NCBI GenBank assembly: GCA_024277355.1
Contig: JAJRVL010000002.1
Span: 30,001 to 62,000 of the forward strand
DNA from: an archaeon
Lineage (GTDB): Archaea; Iainarchaeota; Iainarchaeia; Iainarchaeales; 1-14-0-10-31-34
Direction of reading: 5' to 3'
Length of the DNA: 32,000 nucleotides
This document shows positions 10,615 to 18,593 of this stretch, piece by piece. The position numbers and the translations under genes were made by a program. The notes under the pieces were generated by a model. It made no database searches and was not told the DNA's origin. It worked only from the letters and a program-made list of their open reading frames with translations. The stretch's first letter is position 1. Every line of letters begins with the position of its first letter.

Positions 10615-11049
10615 ATGGCTAAAATAAAAGTAGATAATTTAGCAAAGTTTTATGCGATTATTTTGTTATTTGAAGGTCCAAAACATGGCTATGATTTAAT
10701 TAAAATAGTTGGAGAAAAACTTAACAGAAAAATTTCTGCAGGACAGATTTATCCTTTTCTTGCGAAACTTCAGAAAGAAAATTACATAAAAATTAAATCT
10801 GAAGGGAAAAGAGAAAAAAAAATTTATAGATTAACTCCTTTAGGAAAAAGATTCTGTGAATCAATGCTCCATAGGTTTGCTGATTTAATTGAATTAGCTA
10901 TTGAACCAAATCTTTCAAAATGTGCCAGCTGCGGCTGTGAAATATATAAAGGAAGTTATAAAGAAAAAATTAAAGGAAAACTAACTACTTTTTGCTGTTC
11001 TCATTGCGCTGCATCATTTAAAAACTGCTCTAAAACAAAAACACATTAG
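10615..11049 (+). CDS. PadR-like winged-helix regulator with C-terminal TRASH-like Cys domain
   Basis: GPKHGYDLIKIVGEKLNRKISAGQIYPFLAKLQKENYIKIKSEGKREKKIYRLTPLGKRF; then CASCGCEIYKGSYKEKIKGKLTTFCCSHCAASFK. Confidence 0.85.
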   Translation: MAKIKVDNLAKFYAIILLFEGPKHGYDLIKIVGEKLNRKISAGQIYPFLAKLQKENYIKIKSEGKREKKIYRLTPLGKRFCESMLHRFADLIELAIEPNLSKCASCGCEIYKGSYKEKIKGKLTTFCCSHCAASFKNCSKTKTH

Positions 11050-11501
11050 TTTTTGCAGTTTCTGCATTTTAATTCTTTATAAATCAAATAAATCAAAATT
11101 ATTACTGATGCAATTCCCAGAAAAGGCCTTAATGGCTCAATAAATGCCATAATTGTTGTAAAACCCAATACTGAAACAAGAAGCAGATTACATACCGGAC
11201 AGCTAAAAGCAACAAAACCTATGCTTCCTCCAGCTATTGTTTTGAAATCAGCCTTATTTTTTGACTTAAAATAAAGTTTTAACGAAATTAATGCTCCAAG
11301 AAGTGCTGATGTTGAAACCAAAAAAAAGTAATCCAAAACTGTTGCAGGAATCATTCTTGTGTATTTAATTAAAGGATTTGGGATTAATGCTGTTGGAATT
11401 CCCATAACTAAGAATAATGAGATTGAAATAATTATTCCTGCAAAAAAATATTTTATTTTTGGATTCAATTTTTTTCCCTTCAAAACGAAATAATTATTCA
11501 A
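11046..11501 (-). CDS. Small polytopic membrane protein with CPVC motif
   Basis: Several hydrophobic segments, GGSIGFVAFSCPVCNLLLVSVLG, C-terminal CRNCKN; its stop overlaps that of the convergent gene. Confidence 0.8.
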   Translation of the reverse strand: MNNYFVLKGKKLNPKIKYFFAGIIISISLFLVMGIPTALIPNPLIKYTRMIPATVLDYFFLVSTSALLGALISLKLYFKSKNKADFKTIAGGSIGFVAFSCPVCNLLLVSVLGFTTIMAFIEPLRPFLGIASVIILIYLIYKELKCRNCKN

Positions 11502-12078
11502 AAATTATTTTAATTACATCTTTTTCTTTTATGACATAATTTCTGAATTCAAAATTTTCTTTTCCATTAACAAGCATTTTTACTTTTCCTTTATTTCCGT
11601 TGCATAAATCTCCGTTTGTTTTATTCATTATTTTTGTTTCACTGAATTTTACTGCAATCCCGTCAAAAAATTTTCCTAAAGTAATATGTTCAGGGCTTTG
11701 AACATTTCCTTCAATATGGATTAATGAGTCTTCATGAGTATGAAGTAAATTACTTCCAAGATGTCTGTTGGTTAATGGAACAGGAGTGCTTTTTTTTTCT
11801 CCGCAGATTTCAATTAAAGGCGTTGCATGCCAGTGTATGTTTCCTAAAGGAAAAGTCAAATTTCCTGTATTAAGATTTGAATTTCCTGTTTCTGAATTCC
11901 CTGAAAAAACAAAAACTGAAAAAATTGAACCAATAAAAATCAACACCAAAGCAATTGAACTGTATTTTTTTATTTTTCCTGTTGTGTTTTTTCTTTGCTG
12001 TTCTTTAACTTTTTCCTGTTTTCTTTGTTTAAGTTTTAATTTTTTTCTTTCATGTTTTGAAAGTTTTTCCTGAGTCAT
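11494..12078 (-). CDS. Membrane-anchored His-rich protein (HWHA...HTHEDSLIHIEG)
   Basis: Lys-rich N-terminus, one TM helix, then NIHWHATPLIEICG and LHTHEDSLIHIEG, suggestive of metal binding. Confidence 0.75.
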   Translation of the reverse strand: MTQEKLSKHERKKLKLKQRKQEKVKEQQRKNTTGKIKKYSSIALVLIFIGSIFSVFVFSGNSETGNSNLNTGNLTFPLGNIHWHATPLIEICGEKKSTPVPLTNRHLGSNLLHTHEDSLIHIEGNVQSPEHITLGKFFDGIAVKFSETKIMNKTNGDLCNGNKGKVKMLVNGKENFEFRNYVIKEKDVIKIIFE

Positions 12079-12089
12079 TTTTTCACCAC

Positions 12090-12539
12090 TTATTTTTTAA
12101 ATGCTCCTAAATAGTTTAATGTAAAAAAGAGCAGTCCAATGCTAAACAAATTTATTGCCCATCCGTATTCTGCCAGAAAACTGATTGCACCAATTGGCAG
12201 AAATAATGCGCCTAAAGAAGCGCAAGCAGGGCATTGTGCTACTAAAAATAATCCTGCAGTTCCTGCTCCGCTTCCTCCAGCTCCGCTGATTTTCCTGTTA
12301 ATACTGCATGTTTTTGGCTGAAGCCAGTTAAAAACCTGAAATGAAAAAGTGATTCCAAATAAAACAGCAAAAACAACAAACAAAATAGCGTTATAGAAAG
12401 GTATGCTTGCAAACCATATTTCAATATTTTCAATTATTCCAAGAACTTGAGTATAAATATAAATAACTGTAATAATTATTGTTGAAATAACAGCCAATGA
12501 AAAATATTTTGGTTTTTTCAGAACATCAATTAATTTCAT
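12090..12539 (-). CDS. Small polytopic membrane protein with CPAC motif
   Basis: GAGGSGAGTAGLFLVAQCPACASLGALFLPIGAI within hydrophobic segments. Confidence 0.8.
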   Translation of the reverse strand: MKLIDVLKKPKYFSLAVISTIIITVIYIYTQVLGIIENIEIWFASIPFYNAILFVVFAVLFGITFSFQVFNWLQPKTCSINRKISGAGGSGAGTAGLFLVAQCPACASLGALFLPIGAISFLAEYGWAINLFSIGLLFFTLNYLGAFKK

Positions 12540-12603
12540 TTTTATTGCCTTTTATTTTTTTTTTAGAGGGGTCAAAGGGCGCAATAAAATTACGCCCTTT
12601 AAT

Positions 12604-13386
12604 TTAACTCAGCAGTAAATCAATTGCTGACTTAAATGTTTCAAATGGCTGGGCTCCAACTATAAGCCGGCCTGTTCCATCTTTTTTTCCAATGAAAAAA
12701 CTTGGAGTCCCGCTTACTCCTATGTTGCTTCCTTCATTGAAATTTGCCTGAACAATTTTAGAGTATTTTTTTGAATCAAGGCAGGAATCAAATTCGCTTG
12801 AATTTAATCCTAAATTTTTTGCCCATGACTTAATGTCTTTTACTGTAAGATTAGAAACTGTTCCTTGTCCAAATTTAGCTTGTTCTTCAAATATTTTGTT
12901 GTGCATTTCCCAGTATTTTTCCTGTTCGCCTGAACATCTTGCAGCTTCAGCATAAGGCTGAGCCATTGAATGAAAACTCAAAGGAAAATCTTTATAGACA
13001 AAAAATACTTTTCCTGTTTCAACATAGTCTTTATCCAGCTGGGATTTTGTATTATTAAACCAGCTCCTGCAGAAAGGACACTGATAATCAGAAAACTCAA
13101 CTATTATTACTGGTGCGTTTGGGTTTCCAAGTGTTGCAGCAGCATTTTCAAGAAGTTCGTTCATCTGAATGCTTCCTTTAGAGTCAACAGAAGGAATAGG
13201 AGAAGGATTTGGCGCAAGTATTTCTTTTGAATCTTTTGGTATTACTTGTGTTTTTTTAAATTCTGACAGTAATGTTATTTTTCCGCTGATTTCCTCTCCT
13301 GAAATAAATATTGCTGCTGAAACAATTAATGCTGAGACAAGCACAACTATTGAAAATATATTTATTAAATTTTTTTCTTTATTCAA
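12604..13386 (-). CDS. Membrane-anchored DsbA-like thiol oxidoreductase
   Basis: VIIVEFSDYQCPFCRSWFNN (CPFC), FVYKDFPLSFH, GVSGTPSFFIG; N-terminal TM. Confidence 0.93.
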   Translation of the reverse strand: MNKEKNLINIFSIVVLVSALIVSAAIFISGEEISGKITLLSEFKKTQVIPKDSKEILAPNPSPIPSVDSKGSIQMNELLENAAATLGNPNAPVIIVEFSDYQCPFCRSWFNNTKSQLDKDYVETGKVFFVYKDFPLSFHSMAQPYAEAARCSGEQEKYWEMHNKIFEEQAKFGQGTVSNLTVKDIKSWAKNLGLNSSEFDSCLDSKKYSKIVQANFNEGSNIGVSGTPSFFIGKKDGTGRLIVGAQPFETFKSAIDLLLS

Positions 13387-13399
13387 TTAAATTCCTCCT

Positions 13400-13804
13400 T
13401 TAATTAACAATTATTTCTCCGGTCATATTTCCGTGTTTTTCTCCGCAATAGACAGAACAAAAAAATGAATAATTTCCTTTTTTGTCTGCAGTAAATTCTA
13501 TTAAAGTTGTTTGTCCTGGTTCAAGGTTTTTGTTGATTCCAAAAGTATTAATGGAAATTCCATGCAAAACATCAACACTAGTTATGTATAATTTGACTTT
13601 GTCTCCTTGGTTTATTGTTATTGTTGAGGGATTAAATTCCCATTGTTTTGCAGTAATTCTGAATTCTTTTGTCTGTATTTCTTTGGTTTTTACAGAAACA
13701 TCTGCATTGTTTTTTGTTGTGTTTTCTGCAGAATCAATACAGCCGGATAAAAAAACTAATATTGCGATTAAGAAAAAACCGCTGATTAATTTATTTGTTT
13801 TCAT
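13400..13804 (-). CDS. CuA-type cupredoxin lipoprotein (COX2/NosZ CuA-domain-like)
   Basis: Lipobox-like LSGCIDS, AKQWEFNPSTITINQGDKVKLYITSVDVLHGISI, FFCSVYCGEKHGNMTGEI = H...CxxxCxxxHxxM CuA ligand pattern. Confidence 0.88.
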   Translation of the reverse strand: MKTNKLISGFFLIAILVFLSGCIDSAENTTKNNADVSVKTKEIQTKEFRITAKQWEFNPSTITINQGDKVKLYITSVDVLHGISINTFGINKNLEPGQTTLIEFTADKKGNYSFFCSVYCGEKHGNMTGEIIVN

Positions 13805-13810
13805 TTTTTT

Positions 13811-14089
13811 TCACCTTTTGCAGCTTATTTTGCATTCAAAATTTTGTTCTGAAAAATAAGGGTTGTTTGTAAGTGAAGAAAATTTTATTGTGGTTCCTTT
13901 TTCTGAGAAAAGTTTTTCTTTGTCTGCAGAAGCAGTAAAATTTTCTGAAGACAAAGAATCAGAAAGTCTTATCTCAATTTCAGTTTCGTTGAAATTATTG
14001 TAAGAAGGAGGTGTAACTGCAACAAGTCCAATAATAAACAGAATTATTATTGCTCCTGTTCCTGTATAAAGATAGTTTTCATCACTCAT
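13811..14089 (-). CDS. Hypothetical membrane-anchored protein, first gene of the CuA/DsbA operon
   Basis: 92 aa, one N-terminal TM helix, C-terminal CKISCKR, directly upstream of the CuA gene. Confidence 0.6.
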   Translation of the reverse strand: MSDENYLYTGTGAIIILFIIGLVAVTPPSYNNFNETEIEIRLSDSLSSENFTASADKEKLFSEKGTTIKFSSLTNNPYFSEQNFECKISCKR

Positions 14090-14156
14090 AATAAAACCTT
14101 AATGTAACCTTATTGTAATAAAGTATTTAAACCTATTCTTTTGCCTATAATATTAG

Positions 14157-14477
14157 GTGGTTTTGTTGGCTTTGGAATTATTATGGAGTATTCTTTCCTC
14201 AATTTTTTTTATTGCGGCTGTTTTTTTTTCTTATAAACTTTCAAAGGAAACTAAAGGAGAAAAATACTGGATTTTTTTTATGGTGTCTGCTGTTAGTTTT
14301 GGCTTAAGCCATTTAGCAGCTAAAGGTTTTTTGTTTGGTATTCCTTTAGAGAGTTTATTTGTAGTTCGCGAGTTAGGGGAAATTGTTGGGGCTTTTTCTT
14401 TAGCTTATGCAACTTTTGGTTTGTATTCTTCAATGAAAAAAATCAGAAATAAAATGTCTGAAGAATTAAAGGAATAA
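14157..14477 (+). CDS. Small membrane protein
   Basis: 106 aa with several hydrophobic segments; 3 nt from the downstream regulator. Confidence 0.7.
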   Translation: MVLLALELLWSILSSIFFIAAVFFSYKLSKETKGEKYWIFFMVSAVSFGLSHLAAKGFLFGIPLESLFVVRELGEIVGAFSLAYATFGLYSSMKKIRNKMSEELKE

Positions 14478-14480
14478 AAA

Positions 14481-14759
14481 ATGGACAAGTCTATTTTGTT
14501 TTACTGGAGCAAAGGCGCAGATACAAGAGTAAAATTAATAAATGAACTTTCCAGATGTAATAAAAACAATAAAGCATGCTATTTGAATTTATTGGCTGAA
14601 AAATTAAAGCTTTCTCATGTAGCAGTAAAAAAGCATTTGGATTTGCTGGTTGAACAAAATTATATAAAAGAAATTAATCCTGAAGGAAAACCTGTTTATT
14701 TAGAATTAACTGAAAAAGGATTAAATGTTTTAAAGGAATTTAAGAAAAAAAATAAGTAA
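14481..14759 (+). CDS. ArsR/MarR-like winged-helix regulator
   Basis: LNLLAEKLKLSHVAVKKHLDLLVEQNYIKEINPEGKPVYLELTEKGLNVL. Confidence 0.8.
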   Translation: MDKSILFYWSKGADTRVKLINELSRCNKNNKACYLNLLAEKLKLSHVAVKKHLDLLVEQNYIKEINPEGKPVYLELTEKGLNVLKEFKKKNK

Positions 14760-14765
14760 TTTTAA

Positions 14766-15437
14766 TTAAATCAGAACTCTTGTTATTATTACAAAACCTA
14801 AAATAACACTAATAAGTCCGCTTGTAATTTTTATTGAATTATGGAATTTATCTGCAGCAGTTAATTGAGATGGAAATGCAATTAATGCACTTACAAAAAA
14901 CATGCCTATCACTGAACCTAATCCAAAAAGCAGTATATAAATAATGCCAATTAATACTGAATTTACTGTTGATAAAACTAAGACTGTTATTGAAGCACTT
15001 CCTGCTAATCAATGCACTATTCCAACAAAAAAAGATTTATGAGAATGGTTGTGTGAATAAGAATCCTTGTGGGAATGAAAATGAATATGTGTTGTTTTTT
15101 TATGTCTGTGTAAATGCAGGTGAATTTTATTTTTAATTACTTTTATTAGTAAATCAAACCCAAGTAATACTAAAATAATTCCTGCAGAAAATTCCATTGC
15201 TGACGCAATAGTTTCAGGAATAATTGTTTTAGAAATCAAAACAAAAAAGCCAATTAAAAGTAAAATAAAACTATGTCCTAACCCCCATGCAATTCCAGAA
15301 AAAGATGCTTGTTTCATGCTTTTTGTCTGGCTGGCAATAGTTGAAACAGCAGCAATATGGTCTGGTTCAAATGCATGCATTAAACCAAGCATTAATCCAA
15401 AACCAGCCATTGCCAGAAACTGAGGTAATTCAATCAT
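14766..15437 (-). pseudogene. NicO-family Ni/Co-type transporter interrupted by in-frame TGA at 15009-15011
   Basis: Before the stop: GLMHAFEPDHIAAVSTI, GLGHSFILLLIG, His-rich loop HLHLHRHKKTTHIHFHSH...HNHSH. After it, same frame: LAGSASITVLVLSTVNSVLIGIIYILLFGLGSVIGMFFVSALIAF...GLISVILGFVIITRVLI*. Confidence 0.88.
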
Positions 15438-15463
15438 TGCAAATCATTGAATAACTTTGATGA

Positions 15464-15856
15464 TTATTTCTGAACCAAATCAAAAGCTTTTTTTCCGCCT
15501 TCAAGATTTATTACATTTTTGTATCCTAATTCATTTAATTTTTTTGATGCGGTTATGCTCATGTTTCCGCTTCTGCAGTAAACAATTATTTGAGTTTCTT
15601 TGTTTTCAGGAAGTTTGGTGATATTTTCTTCTATTTTATCAAATGCAATAAATTCATCTGTTCCTTTAATGTGTTCCTGTTCCGGAATGTGGACGTCAAG
15701 TAAAAAGAAATCTTTGGTTTCAAGTTTTTGTTTTAGTTCTTGTGCAGAAATATTAGTAAAACTAATGTTTTCTTTTTTTTGGATTTCTGTTTCAGAGTTA
15801 ATGCATCCATTTACAAAAAGCAGTAAAACTAATATTCCTCCAATAATTATTTTCAT
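15464..15856 (-). CDS. Rhodanese-like domain lipoprotein
   Basis: FVNGCINSET lipobox, FFLLDVHIPEQEH, IIVYCRSGNMSITASKKLNELGYKNVINLEGG. Confidence 0.9.
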   Translation of the reverse strand: MKIIIGGILVLLLFVNGCINSETEIQKKENISFTNISAQELKQKLETKDFFLLDVHIPEQEHIKGTDEFIAFDKIEENITKLPENKETQIIVYCRSGNMSITASKKLNELGYKNVINLEGGKKAFDLVQK

Positions 15857-15881
15857 ATTATTCCTCCTTTTTTATTAAAAT

Positions 15882-16202
15882 TTATTTCATAAGTTCTTCT
15901 AATGTTTTTCCTGTTGCCTGTTTTAATAATTCTGGGTTAACTTGTTTTAAGCATTTTTCATATCTGGCCGGATGATGGCTTAAATGCTGGATATTTGATT
16001 CACTTTCTAAGTCTCCGCATTCTGAATTAATTTCTTCTGCCTGTTGTGTAAAAATTTCTTCATTTTTTTGTGTTTTCAAAACATTTCCTTTTTCATCAAC
16101 ATCAAGTTTTTGTTCTGAGTTTACAAAAGGAATTAATGCAACTCCAATAAGTATTATTCCAAAGAATAATGCACCGTATATTATTGTTTCATTTTTTTTC
16201 AT
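15882..16202 (-). CDS. Hypothetical membrane-anchored protein
   Basis: N-terminal TM; C-terminal SECGDLESESNIQHLSHHPARYEKCLKQVNPELLKQATG. Confidence 0.7.
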   Translation of the reverse strand: MKKNETIIYGALFFGIILIGVALIPFVNSEQKLDVDEKGNVLKTQKNEEIFTQQAEEINSECGDLESESNIQHLSHHPARYEKCLKQVNPELLKQATGKTLEELMK

Positions 16203-16213
16203 TTTAACTCCTC

Positions 16214-16780
16214 CTAAATAATTTTAATAAATGAATAAATAATTGACAAAACAATTACTGCCAGCCCTATAACAAAAAACACTTTAAATAATTTATCTAA
16301 ATTAAATGAAATTATTTTTCTTAATGCCAAGTTACTTTCTTTTTTAACTAAATTATGTTTTTTTATTACTGAAAGCATATAAATTGCGCCAAGTGCATTA
16401 GAAAAAACTGCTATAAGCATTAAAGAAGTCTGATACTGGCTTATTAAAACAGCAAAAACAGACAATCCTAATACTGCAAGTAAATCAGTTAAATGGTGTG
16501 CACAGCAGGCAGCCATTGAAACGCCTGAAACTCCTGCTGAACCCGCAACACTGACTTTTGCAGGAGAATTATTAAGAAAATTTTTTATGTAAAAATATAG
16601 TCCTGTTTGAACACCAAAACCAACTGAAATAAATAAAATAAAATACCAGATTCTCTGGAATTCATTTAATGCATGTTCAACTGAATTTGCAATAATTAAA
16701 ACTGCAAAATAAAATCCAATCATTCCAAAAAACGCAAGCAACCCAAAAAAATAATGGCTTTTTTTATTTATTAAATTCAT
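16214..16780 (-). CDS. Polytopic membrane protein with ACCAHH motif
   Basis: AKVSVAGSAGVSGVSMAACCAHHLTDLLAVLGLSVFAVLISQYQ in hydrophobic context. Confidence 0.8.
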   Translation of the reverse strand: MNLINKKSHYFFGLLAFFGMIGFYFAVLIIANSVEHALNEFQRIWYFILFISVGFGVQTGLYFYIKNFLNNSPAKVSVAGSAGVSGVSMAACCAHHLTDLLAVLGLSVFAVLISQYQTSLMLIAVFSNALGAIYMLSVIKKHNLVKKESNLALRKIISFNLDKLFKVFFVIGLAVIVLSIIYSFIKII

Positions 16781-16801
16781 TTTTTATCAGCTTTTATTTT
16801 T

Positions 16802-16948
16802 TCAGCAAAACTCGCATTTATTGTCTTTTGAAAGCAGTTCATTTGCTTTTTTTTCATAGTTTTCAGAACATTTTCCTGAACAAAAATTTTCATATTTATT
16901 TAAAGCATTAAATTTTTTCCTGCAGTAAAAACATTTTTTTTCAGTCAT
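16802..16948 (-). CDS. 48-aa Cys-rich (TRASH/zinc-ribbon-like) protein, absent from ORF track
   Basis: ATG preceded by GGAGGGAATAAA; reads MTEKKCFYCRKKFNALNKYENFCSGKCSENYEKKANELLSKDNKCEFC*, with CxxC, CxxxC and terminal CxxC. Confidence 0.78.
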   Translation of the reverse strand: MTEKKCFYCRKKFNALNKYENFCSGKCSENYEKKANELLSKDNKCEFC

Positions 16949-16959
16949 TTTATTCCCTC

Positions 16960-18174
16960 CTAAAAAGCAAACAAAAACAGTATTCCTGCAAGTATCAGCA
17001 ATACAATTCCCATTAATAATTTCATGTTTCTTTTGTTTTGTTTTTCCCAGTTAGTGATTTTTTCTGTCATTTTTTTGTTGCCTGCAACTAATAAAATTAT
17101 TATTAACGGAACAACAAACATTATATTGTAAATTGTAAGGAAAACCATTCCTTGCATAAATGTTGTTTGAATTGCAAGCAATGAAAGTATTCCTACATAA
17201 ACTCCTCCGCTGCATGGAAAAGTGCATAATCCAACCAAAAAGCCAAGTATTGCAACAGAAACAAGAGTTAAGTTTGTCATTCTCTTTTTTATCATTGGAG
17301 AAGCAAAAGAAGGCATTTTTAAGCTAAACCATTTGCCGTAAAAAAAGTAATCTTTAAAGTTAATTAAAGCCAAAAACAGCATTAAAAACACACTGATTTT
17401 TCCAAATAAATGCGGAATTCCTGTAATTAATATTGCCTGAAGTAAACCTAATCCAATCAAAAAATAAGCAACAAAAATTGCTGCAATAAATACTCCTCCA
17501 ACTTTCCAGACTTCTGTTTTTGTGCGGTTAATCGAATAAAGAAATGCAATGAAAAATAATAATACTCCGAAAGCACAGGGATTAATTCCATCTAATAATC
17601 CTGTAATTAAAACCAAAGGTAAAAGCTGAATGAAATCCAAATTATTATTTTTTAATTCTTTTGGGGTTGTCAGTGAATTCTTGTTTTTATTAAACCAGTT
17701 TAAATAAACTGAAATTGGTTTATTAATTTTGTATTCTTTTATTTCTCCTTTAAATGCCCAGACTTTATAGTTTTTTGCGTTTTCCATTTCGTCTTGAAAC
17801 ACAACAATTTTTTCAATGCTTTTATCAATTAAAATATCTTTGATTATTTGTTCAGGGACATGCCCTTCAAGAATTATTTTGTTGTCAATAAAAATAGTAA
17901 AATGACCTTGTAATTGAGATGGAATACTTAATTTTTTGCTTAATTCATTTAATTCAATTCTATTTTCTTTTTCACTTATAAAATCTTTTTTTTCAACTTT
18001 AATGCTGTATGATTCAAGCAATGGTTCAATGTTGTCTTCTATATACATTGTACAGCCGTGGCATGCTTTATTATAGTAAATTACTGCGTTTTTGTATTCT
18101 GTTGCAAAAGAAAACGCAGGAACTAACAGTAAAAATAATAATAATACAATAATTTTTTTTGTCATTTTTTTCAT
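16960..18174 (-). CDS. CcdA/DsbD-like transmembrane thiol-electron transporter with N-terminal thioredoxin-like domain
   Basis: Signal peptide, YYNKACHGCTMYIED (CxxC), then GLLDGINPCAFGVLLFFIAFLYSI and LGFLVGLCTFPCSGGVYVGILSLLA. Confidence 0.92.
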   Translation of the reverse strand: MKKMTKKIIVLLLFLLLVPAFSFATEYKNAVIYYNKACHGCTMYIEDNIEPLLESYSIKVEKKDFISEKENRIELNELSKKLSIPSQLQGHFTIFIDNKIILEGHVPEQIIKDILIDKSIEKIVVFQDEMENAKNYKVWAFKGEIKEYKINKPISVYLNWFNKNKNSLTTPKELKNNNLDFIQLLPLVLITGLLDGINPCAFGVLLFFIAFLYSINRTKTEVWKVGGVFIAAIFVAYFLIGLGLLQAILITGIPHLFGKISVFLMLFLALINFKDYFFYGKWFSLKMPSFASPMIKKRMTNLTLVSVAILGFLVGLCTFPCSGGVYVGILSLLAIQTTFMQGMVFLTIYNIMFVVPLIIILLVAGNKKMTEKITNWEKQNKRNMKLLMGIVLLILAGILFLFAF

Positions 18175-18590
18175 CTCACAATATTTGCTTTTAATTCTAT
18201 TTCTATTTCAGGTTTTTCAATATCATTGCTTTTTACATAAACAATTCTTTCTATTTTTCCTTCAATACCTTTTTCCATTAAATTCGGGTCAATTGTTACA
18301 AGAAGTTTTGCTGTTTCTCCTGAATTAATTAATTTTTTGTCAATTGTTCCTTTTGTGCATCCGCAGGAAGTGCTTATTCCTGTTATTTCAAGAATTCCTG
18401 TTCCCTTATTTTTAACAAAAAAAACATATTCTATTTTTTCGTAAGGAACATTTCCAAAATCATAAAATTCAGGGGTAATTTCTATTTTTGGTTTATTGTT
18501 TTCTAAACTTTGATTTTCAGGAATTGAAATACACCCTGAAAAAATAATCAATGTTATAATCCCTATTCCTAAAAGAAATTTTTTTTTCAT
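18171..18590 (-). CDS. DUF1573-like lipoprotein
   Basis: Lipobox IFSGCIS, FYDFGNVPYEKIEYVFFVKNKGTGILEITGISTSCGCT. Confidence 0.88.
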   Translation of the reverse strand: MKKKFLLGIGIITLIIFSGCISIPENQSLENNKPKIEITPEFYDFGNVPYEKIEYVFFVKNKGTGILEITGISTSCGCTKGTIDKKLINSGETAKLLVTIDPNLMEKGIEGKIERIVYVKSNDIEKPEIEIELKANIVR

Positions 18591-18593
18591 TTT

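Noticed and set aside
14095-14135. AATGTAACCTTATTGTAATAAA as a third BlaI-type operator
   Set aside because: Contains direct TGTAA half-sites only, not the TTTACA-N5-TGTAAA dyad.
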